A stretch of 64,000 bases of DNA from Alphaproteobacteria bacterium (GTDB lineage: Bacteria; Pseudomonadota; Alphaproteobacteria; Rs-D84). The stretch is from assembly GCA_031549365.1 (NCBI GenBank), contig JAVBPX010000007.1, positions 10,502-74,501 on the forward strand, written 5' to 3'. Of this stretch, positions 56,912 to 64,000 are shown in pieces. Positions within the stretch are counted from its first letter, which is position 1. The number at the start of each line of letters is the position of its first letter. Made by a program: the position numbers and the translations under genes. A model generated the notes under the pieces. The model had not been told where the DNA came from. It saw only the letters and a program-made list of their open reading frames with translations, and did not search any database.

Positions 56912-58783
56912 ATGATTAACCTGAACGAGGATTTTTTCTGCGTCTTGGATCTCGGGCATTCTGGCGTACGCGCCATAGGGGCCGAAGTTTTACACGGAAA
57001 AATCCAACGTATCCGGGTTGAATGCTATGACTACGATTCAACGGACATGGAATCATTTTTACAAAACGCCTCAACTGGAATTGCCCACACTGTGGACCGA
57101 TTGGAAGATGCCTTTTCCTGCCGCTATCAACGCGTATGGGTATCCGGAAATTTTGGACCAATTAAATCCCGCGTATTTCCAGTCGAAATGAATTTTGAAT
57201 CGGATAAAAAAGTCACTCCATCCGATGTAATAAAATTAATATCCAGTCGCGAAAATATCTTGAATAACGAAAACGAACACGTACTACATGTAATCCCAAC
57301 ATATTACATCGTTGATAATTTCCGCGATTTAAATTCAATCGTTGGAATGCGGGGTTCCCGCATTGGCGCCATATTCCACAGCATATCTGCTGGCCGCGAT
57401 CAAATCCGTGACATTGCATCATGTTTACGTCGTGTGCATTTGGAATCTGAACAATTTTTAGATGTGATGATGGTTGTCGGTTCAACTGAATTAACCGACG
57501 AACAACGCGAAAATGGGACATTAATAATTGATTTGGGCGCGGGCGCAACACACCTCGGCATTTGGTTTAAAAATCGTTTGGTTTATTCCGAAAAAATACC
57601 ACTCGGTGGAAATAATTTAACCGAAACAATTTCTGACGCAATCGGCGTAAACAAATCAATTGCCGAACGCCTGAAACTGGAAATTGGAACAGCAATCCAA
57701 AACGATATGGACGCATTTAAATCAATCACTTTTTCTGTCCCAGACGAAAGCGGAATCCCAACCGAACGAATTATCACACGATCCGAAATAACATCCGTAA
57801 TATCTGATTGGTTGGTTGATTTGTTTGATACAATCGACAAACATTTGGTTGCTCGTAAAAAAGATGGTTATATAAATAACATCGTCCTAATGGGTGGCGG
57901 CGCAAAAATTGGCGATATTGAAACAATCGTCCAAAACATATTTGACAAACCAACAACAATTTTATCCGATTCGGACTTGGTATTAATTAATTCATTATAT
58001 AAATTCGTTTGGGGTTCAATGAAAAACGAAATCACAGATTATGAAAATAATCGCCAACAATGGGATTACCGCTGGGTCCAAATTAAAAATTGGTTTGAAA
58101 AACATTTAACCCCTAAAAACAAAATTCGATTGATAAAAAACCCTGTAATGCCCAGCACACTTGCCTTTGACATGACATCTGAAAAAACTTATCAAACATT
58201 TAGATCTGGAAAAATCGATACAATCCATGTTGACGTAATGGACGGAATGTATGTTGAAAATACAGCCTCTGGAATATCGGAAATCGCATCCATCCGAAAA
58301 ATGACTGATGCACACCTACACGTCCATTTAATGGTAAACAATCCAATGGATTGGATTGAATCCACAGCAAACGCCGGCGCAGATTCAATTTTAATTTCCA
58401 TGGACACTGACGGCGCAATCACATCCCTGAACAAAATAAAATCATTAAAATTACGATGTGGTGTTGCCCTGCATCCAAACAGTCCACTATCTCTATTATT
58501 GCCAATACTTCCGCTTGTGGACGAGGTTATGATAATGTCAGTAATCCCAGGATCTGGCGGCCAACCATTTATCCCAACCTCAATTAACCGCATAACGAAA
58601 CTACGCGCCTACCGTGAAAAACATAAATTAAGCTTTAAAATTTCCGTGGATGGGGGCATAAACGCGGATTCCGCCCCGCTTTGTTGGGCATCTGGGGCTG
58701 ATTTATTGGTTGCCGGCTCATTTCTGGCAAAATCAGAATCTTTTCCATCTGCGGTCCGCCAATTATTACCAAAAAAGGCTTGA
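56912..58783 (+). CDS. ftsA: FtsA fused to ribulose-phosphate 3-epimerase (FtsA-Rpe)
   Basis: FtsA motifs LDLGHS, IDLGAGAT, AERLK and GGGAKI; Rpe motifs HVDVMDG, HVHLMV, MSVIPGSGGQ and VDGGIN in one frame. Confidence 0.88.
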   Translation: MINLNEDFFCVLDLGHSGVRAIGAEVLHGKIQRIRVECYDYDSTDMESFLQNASTGIAHTVDRLEDAFSCRYQRVWVSGNFGPIKSRVFPVEMNFESDKKVTPSDVIKLISSRENILNNENEHVLHVIPTYYIVDNFRDLNSIVGMRGSRIGAIFHSISAGRDQIRDIASCLRRVHLESEQFLDVMMVVGSTELTDEQRENGTLIIDLGAGATHLGIWFKNRLVYSEKIPLGGNNLTETISDAIGVNKSIAERLKLEIGTAIQNDMDAFKSITFSVPDESGIPTERIITRSEITSVISDWLVDLFDTIDKHLVARKKDGYINNIVLMGGGAKIGDIETIVQNIFDKPTTILSDSDLVLINSLYKFVWGSMKNEITDYENNRQQWDYRWVQIKNWFEKHLTPKNKIRLIKNPVMPSTLAFDMTSEKTYQTFRSGKIDTIHVDVMDGMYVENTASGISEIASIRKMTDAHLHVHLMVNNPMDWIESTANAGADSILISMDTDGAITSLNKIKSLKLRCGVALHPNSPLSLLLPILPLVDEVMIMSVIPGSGGQPFIPTSINRITKLRAYREKHKLSFKISVDGGINADSAPLCWASGADLLVAGSFLAKSESFPSAVRQLLPKKA

Positions 58784-58841
58784 CTTCCACCGCAACATCG
58801 TATAAATTACAACGGCAATAAGAATACCAAAGGATACAACT

Positions 58842-59123
58842 ATGTCAAGATTGTGCCAAGTAACAGGCAAAAAAACCGAAGTCGGAATGAACGTTTCTCA
58901 CTCGAATCGTCGCACAAAACGTACATTCAAACCAAATTTGCAAACATTAAAATTTCACAGCGAAATTTTAAACCGTGATTTCACATTGAAAATTTCAACA
59001 CGTGGTTTGCGCACTATAACAAAACATGGTGGCTTGGATGAATACTTGATGTCCAAGGGAAATTCCAAATTAACCCCAGACATGTTGGTTATCAAAAAAT
59101 TATTGGTTAAAAAGGCCGCTTAA
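58842..59123 (+). CDS. rpmB: 50S ribosomal protein L28
   Basis: MSRLCQVTGK...NVSHSNRRTKRTFKPNLQ. Confidence 0.97.
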   Translation: MSRLCQVTGKKTEVGMNVSHSNRRTKRTFKPNLQTLKFHSEILNRDFTLKISTRGLRTITKHGGLDEYLMSKGNSKLTPDMLVIKKLLVKKAA

Positions 59124-59140
59124 TTCAAACCAAAATCATT

Positions 59141-59168
59141 AAAAAAACTCCCAAACGGGAGTTTTTTT
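59141..59168 (+). terminator. Intrinsic terminator after rpmB
   Basis: AAAAAAACTCCC-AAAC-GGGAGTTTTTTT. Confidence 0.85.
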
Positions 59169-59431
59169 AATTGCCATTGCAGCACAGCACGACGATAATT
59201 ACAATTAATAATATGTCATTGCAAGAAGCTATGGCTTCGTGGCAATCATTGCAATTAAAAACCATCTCGCCCCAACGGGGAGAGATAATAAAACATATGA
59301 TCTTTGATCATCATGTTTTATAGAGAGGGGAAAATAAAAACAATAACCACAATTAAAATCCACCATCAAACCAACTTAAAAACTAAATAAACTGTTGCAT
59401 TACAATCCAATAATGCACTATCATATACCTC

Positions 59432-59815
59432 ATGAAATACTTGTCGCTCATTTTCACAACATTACTATTATTCGGCTGCACCTCTATCCAAGAGGGTTCC
59501 ATCGACCAAGCTACCGTGCTACACTGGGAAAACGACCGTGTAACCTTGGACCAATTTACCCGCGATCACAAAGAATGCTTGGGCGTAACCAAACCTTCAT
59601 ACACGCCACGCACGCGCCTTGAAAAATTCTTGATGCCAAACGCAGCAACCACCATGCCGAAATGGGATGGACTCTGGGTAACATTCCAATCAAACGAATA
59701 TTCCGAGGGTGGACAACGCATCGTCATGTCCGTCCCATCAAATCAAACTGCAAACTCTGTCGGGGCATACCGCAAATGTATGTTCGGACGCAATTATTTA
59801 CTCAGGTCTGAATAA
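59432..59815 (+). CDS. Putative lipoprotein
   Basis: Lipobox LFGC; RDHKEC...YRKCM cysteine pair. Confidence 0.75.
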   Translation: MKYLSLIFTTLLLFGCTSIQEGSIDQATVLHWENDRVTLDQFTRDHKECLGVTKPSYTPRTRLEKFLMPNAATTMPKWDGLWVTFQSNEYSEGGQRIVMSVPSNQTANSVGAYRKCMFGRNYLLRSE

Positions 59816-59817
59816 AA

Positions 59818-60951
59818 ATGAAAAAAACCATAACTGTTCTGCACTTACTACCGAACTTGAACGCCGGCGGCGTTGAACGTATGGTAATTGAATTGTCAAA
59901 AAATTTAAAGAAACAAAACGTAAATGTAATTGTCGCATCAAACGGTGGACGCGGTGTTGATTATTTACGCGCGGCCGAGGTTGAACACATAAAAATGCCG
60001 CTGCACAAAAAAAATCCACTTTCAATCTGGCGGAATATTTCACGTTTAAAAAAATTAATTAACGAACGCGAAATTGATATTGTACACGCGCATTCTCGGG
60101 CTCCTGCTTGGACTGGATATTACGCGGCAAAAAAAACAAATAAACAATTCGTAACAACATTCCATGGATTTCATAAAACAGGTTGGCTAAAAAAATATTA
60201 TAATCGTGTAATGTCATACGGCCGCCCAACAATCGCAGTATCCAAATTCATGCGCAAATACATAATCGAAAACTATCCAAACATCGACCAAAAAAATATA
60301 ACTGTTGTACACGATGGAATTGATTTGCGAATCTTTAATCCAAAAATGGTAACCGCGCGTCGCCAAATTGATGTATTGCGTGAATATAACATTTCACCTG
60401 ATAAAAAGCTGATAACTCTGGTTGGCCGCATCACCGGGTGGAAGGGTCAACACATCCTAATCTCTGCCTGCGCAAAATTAAAACGTGATGATTATGTTTG
60501 CGTACTTGCCGGCCCGGCCCAGGGTAACGGCACATATTTCCGGGAAATCAAAAAAATGATTAACGACAATTGCCTTAACGACAAAATCGCAATGATTGGA
60601 AACGTAACTGACATCCCAACATTAATGCGCATTTCTCATGTTGCGTTAAACACATCTGTCCGGGCCGAAGCATTTGGCCTAACCACACTGGAAGCATCTG
60701 CATTGGGAACCCCAATCATCGCAACAAAAATCGGCGGATCATTGGAAATTGTAATTGATGGCACAACTGGATTCTTGGTTGAACCAAATGATCCTGACGC
60801 ATTGGCAAATGCACTGAATAAAATTTTGGATATGTCGGTTTCGGAACACCACAAAATGGGGGATGCCGGCGTGGCCCAGGCATCAAATTTCTCATCCGAA
60901 AAAATGGCTCGCGGTTATTTATCAGCATACAAAAAAATCCTGTCGGAATGA
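59818..60951 (+). CDS. Glycosyltransferase family 4
   Basis: GGVER, HAHSR and EAFGLTTLEA (EX7E) motifs. Confidence 0.92.
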   Translation: MKKTITVLHLLPNLNAGGVERMVIELSKNLKKQNVNVIVASNGGRGVDYLRAAEVEHIKMPLHKKNPLSIWRNISRLKKLINEREIDIVHAHSRAPAWTGYYAAKKTNKQFVTTFHGFHKTGWLKKYYNRVMSYGRPTIAVSKFMRKYIIENYPNIDQKNITVVHDGIDLRIFNPKMVTARRQIDVLREYNISPDKKLITLVGRITGWKGQHILISACAKLKRDDYVCVLAGPAQGNGTYFREIKKMINDNCLNDKIAMIGNVTDIPTLMRISHVALNTSVRAEAFGLTTLEASALGTPIIATKIGGSLEIVIDGTTGFLVEPNDPDALANALNKILDMSVSEHHKMGDAGVAQASNFSSEKMARGYLSAYKKILSE

Positions 60952-61733
60952 AACACGTACGAATTTATTCACCTGAAAAATTAACAGAAAATCAAATCAT
61001 AACATTTGACGCACCAACATCACATTATTTAACAAATGTAATGCGCCTACAAAACGGTTCTGAAATCGCAATTTTCAATGGCGGCATTGAACACGCCGCA
61101 ACAATTGAAATTCAAAAAAAACAAACCGTCGCACACATTGGTAAAATCACAAATACAAATGATCCAATAACAAACGCAACACTTGCATTTGCACCAATTA
61201 AACAATCGAACATGGAATGGATGCTAGAAAAATCAACTGAACTGGGCGTTAAATACCTACAACCAGTTATCACAGAATTCACAGACCAGCCAAAAATGCG
61301 CCTGGATCGCTTTGAAAAAATTCTGGCGGACGCAGCAGAACAATCCGAACGCTTGTCTGTTCCGGAAATATTGCCAACTAAAACTCTGACTCAATTTTTA
61401 TCTGAAAATAAATTACCACTATATTATGGCGACGAACGCTCTGCCCACAATCAACATGATAATTGTCCTTGTCTGGGGTCCAGCCCCCATGACAATCATT
61501 TCGATATTAACTCTCACACATCAACAGGGCCAAACACCAACGAATTATTCCAAAATTCAAAATCTTTAACGAACCAACCCTTCGTCGTATTAATCGGCCC
61601 AGCTGGTGGTTTTTCCGAATCCGAATTTAAAATGCTGGAACAATCAAACGCAATCCCTATGAATTTGGGCAAAACGATACTGCGTGCAGAAACGGCCGCC
61701 ATCGCCGCCCTATCTATCTTATCAATAAAATAA
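60948..61733 (+). CDS. rsmE: 16S rRNA m3U1498 methyltransferase with an internal insertion
   Basis: HYLTNVMRL, EKSTELGV, AAEQSER, IGPAGGFS and ILRAETA motifs. Confidence 0.93.
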   Translation: MKHVRIYSPEKLTENQIITFDAPTSHYLTNVMRLQNGSEIAIFNGGIEHAATIEIQKKQTVAHIGKITNTNDPITNATLAFAPIKQSNMEWMLEKSTELGVKYLQPVITEFTDQPKMRLDRFEKILADAAEQSERLSVPEILPTKTLTQFLSENKLPLYYGDERSAHNQHDNCPCLGSSPHDNHFDINSHTSTGPNTNELFQNSKSLTNQPFVVLIGPAGGFSESEFKMLEQSNAIPMNLGKTILRAETAAIAALSILSIK

Positions 61734-61780
61734 ATAATCAAATTTCAATTATACAACCTATTGAAACATTTCAAAATGTT

Positions 61781-62470
61781 TTATACTGTGATTTCATCTC
61801 CATAAACCAACATATAATCCGCCCCTCGGCGCAAAACCAAAACACCATCATCATTAATTCCGCACAAAATTACTTCATGTCCTTGGTACTTAACAGTATG
61901 ACCAATAAAATCAGCACGCAACATCCATTCACGACGAATAGGATCAAAACCTTTACTCTTTAATTTGTTCATCCAAAAATCAACCCGATCCAATAATTTT
62001 GTTAAAACATCTTCTAATTTAACATTTTTTGAATACTTTGAAATATAGGTTGTATCGTATTTTACAATATCACCTTTTGCTGGCGACGAAACAACATTAA
62101 CACCAATTCCAATAATTACAAAATCGCGAACATGCTCAATTAATATCCCTGATATTTTTTTACCTTTAACCAAAACATCATTGGGCCATTTAATCATAGA
62201 ATCAATTCCGAAACTGTCCACAACCTCGGCAACCGCGACAGCAATAGCATATGCAACTAACGAAGATCTTTCTTCCATCTTATACAACAGCGAAATATAT
62301 AAATTGCCCTTTGGACTGATCCACTGACGCTTATAACGACCGCGTCCTCTTGTTTGTTCTTCGGCCATAATTGCCATACGATCTATAGCCTTGTTGTCAT
62401 CAACAAATTTGCGAGCCTTTGATTGCGTACTATCCAAACTCGGATAAATTTTTAATTTAAATCCTGCCAA
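61781..62470 (-). CDS. birA: Biotin-protein ligase (no HTH)
   Basis: QTRGRGR...W.SP.GNLY, KWPND and KISGIL motifs; TTG start after GGAGG. Confidence 0.92.
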   Translation of the reverse strand: MAGFKLKIYPSLDSTQSKARKFVDDNKAIDRMAIMAEEQTRGRGRYKRQWISPKGNLYISLLYKMEERSSLVAYAIAVAVAEVVDSFGIDSMIKWPNDVLVKGKKISGILIEHVRDFVIIGIGVNVVSSPAKGDIVKYDTTYISKYSKNVKLEDVLTKLLDRVDFWMNKLKSKGFDPIRREWMLRADFIGHTVKYQGHEVILCGINDDGVLVLRRGADYMLVYGDEITV

Positions 62471-62936
62471 TTTTGTACCTCCCTGAATCAAAGACTAAAA
62501 ACTGATCACCAAATTGTTTTCTTAAAGCATAAATCATGGTTTCAACAGTATGACTCTTTGCTTTTTCATCATATCCGATCCTAACCATTAAATCATGCCC
62601 AGAAACACCATCATCTCCGGCCAAATACAACAAAACAATTAATTGGCGACCACTCTCGGAAATTGAATTTTTATCAATACCTAATAAATTTAAAATTTTT
62701 TCTTCATGATCACGTATTGCAAAGAACACAGCCTGTTCAAATTCATCAATTGTCATTTTTTTCTTGGGATAAAATATTGCCCTTCGCTCATTTTTACTGA
62801 TACGATTCGCAAACACAATATCTGCTAATTTATAATCTTTATCAACAATCTTGGCTCCTAAATTTTTCAAAACAGAAACCCAGATTTCTCGATCTGGAAT
62901 ATTTAATACAGAACAAATAATTTGGTTTATCGCCAT
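62457..62936 (-). CDS. Protein with OmpR-type C-terminal winged helix
   Basis: SHTVETMIYALRKQF...GRYKI. Confidence 0.65.
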   Translation of the reverse strand: MAINQIICSVLNIPDREIWVSVLKNLGAKIVDKDYKLADIVFANRISKNERRAIFYPKKKMTIDEFEQAVFFAIRDHEEKILNLLGIDKNSISESGRQLIVLLYLAGDDGVSGHDLMVRIGYDEKAKSHTVETMIYALRKQFGDQFLVFDSGRYKIGRI

Positions 62937-62985
62937 AAAAAACCTCTTTCATGAAACATAGCAAACTAGCCTAAACAATGTCCAG

Positions 62986-63801
62986 CTATTTTGAAAAAAT
63001 CAAAACCCTTTGAATCCCGGCCAAATCATCGCGCCCATCAATAAATTTCCAACCATGATTGTTAAAAATCCTTCGAACATCATCTGCCTGCCCCTGACCA
63101 ATCTCTAAAAATATATGCCCATTTTCATTTAACATCTTGCTGGCGGAATTTGCCAAAGCACGATATGCATCCAAACCATCAACCCCTGCATACAAGGCCA
63201 TATGGGGATCAAATTGCGCTGACCTATCCACTCTATCATCACCCTCTGGAATATACGGAGGATTTGAAACAATCACATCAAATTTTTCCAATAACTGAAT
63301 CTTAAAATCACGACGTGAAATATGCACACGATTGTATAATCCTAAATTCATAATGTTCCGCATAGCAATCCGAATTGCAGCAAAAGAAATATCAATCCCA
63401 ACACCGGTTGAATTTGGATATACATGGGCCAGAGCACCAATCAAACACCCAGTGCCAGTCCCACAATCTAAAAACCGTAATTTTAAATTCGTATCCGGAT
63501 AAAACTGTTTCACAGCTTCAATGATTGTCTCGGAATCCGGTCTCGGATCCAGAGTCCCTCGTGCTGTTTCAAACCACAAACCATAAAATTCACGTCCACC
63601 AACAATCTTTGCAACAGGCATTCCACGCTTTAATTGCCTAACACGACGGCGAACTTTAAACGCCTGCCACCATGTTAATTCTTTCTTGGCTGCATCAATT
63701 AAACCAACACTATCAACACCTAATAAATGTTTTAAAACTACCTTGGCCTCTAACGGGCCCGCAGCATCACGCAACATTAAAAAAGCATCATTAACCAACA
63801 T
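62986..63801 (-). CDS. prmC: Release factor glutamine methyltransferase
   Basis: TLDPRPDSE, DCGTGTG, SNPPY and EIGQGQ motifs. Confidence 0.95.
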   Translation of the reverse strand: MLVNDAFLMLRDAAGPLEAKVVLKHLLGVDSVGLIDAAKKELTWWQAFKVRRRVRQLKRGMPVAKIVGGREFYGLWFETARGTLDPRPDSETIIEAVKQFYPDTNLKLRFLDCGTGTGCLIGALAHVYPNSTGVGIDISFAAIRIAMRNIMNLGLYNRVHISRRDFKIQLLEKFDVIVSNPPYIPEGDDRVDRSAQFDPHMALYAGVDGLDAYRALANSASKMLNENGHIFLEIGQGQADDVRRIFNNHGWKFIDGRDDLAGIQRVLIFSK

Positions 63802-63946
63802 AAATAAACTCTACCATAAAACAAACCAGAACATCCATAATTTTATTACACACCCCCTGAAATATATCCCATGTCTATACACTTTTTCTATTTACACGGC
63901 ATGATTGTTTTTGCTATTGTCTGAACAAGAGGTAGGAAATCTTTTA

Positions 63947-64000
63947 ATGAATTATGCAAAATTGCTTGATTTTCAACGAATTGCCAACGGTATGCAATTT
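63947..64000 (+). CDS. Start of a CDS truncated by the window end
   Basis: ATG after GAGGTAGGA, open to the end (MNYAKLLDFQRIANGMQF). Confidence 0.4.
   Translation, partial: MNYAKLLDFQRIANGMQF

Overview
Low-GC bacterial chromosome segment, most consistent with an alphaproteobacterium (inferred from VirB11/VirD4 genes and Rickettsia-palindromic-element-like repeats). (1) 1-7.5 kb: T7/P22-like podophage head, tail and lysis genes interleaved with host-like genes; no integrase, portal or replication gene nearby. (2) 7.7-16.9 kb: typA, mscL, a cation antiporter, gpsA and an autotransporter. (3) About 16.9-42.1 kb: a composite island at the 3' end of tRNA-Ser(GGA) with three diverged element-end copies. 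It carries a large serine recombinase, DUF2924, two DUF5681 genes, a ParB-methyltransferase and a terminase, but no capsid. Its cargo is a SIR2-APAZ/short Argonaute pair, a radical-SAM cluster, an MccF-like peptidase operon, ProRS and TyrRS, a C4-like RNA, and a muramidase whose N-terminus resembles the C-terminus of the capsid scaffold. (4) 42-64 kb: housekeeping genes, virD4/virB11 separated by two acyl-CoA synthetases, ftsL-ftsI-ftsQ, an ftsA-rpe fusion and three families of palindromic repeats. All family calls come from motif recognition by eye; no database search was run.
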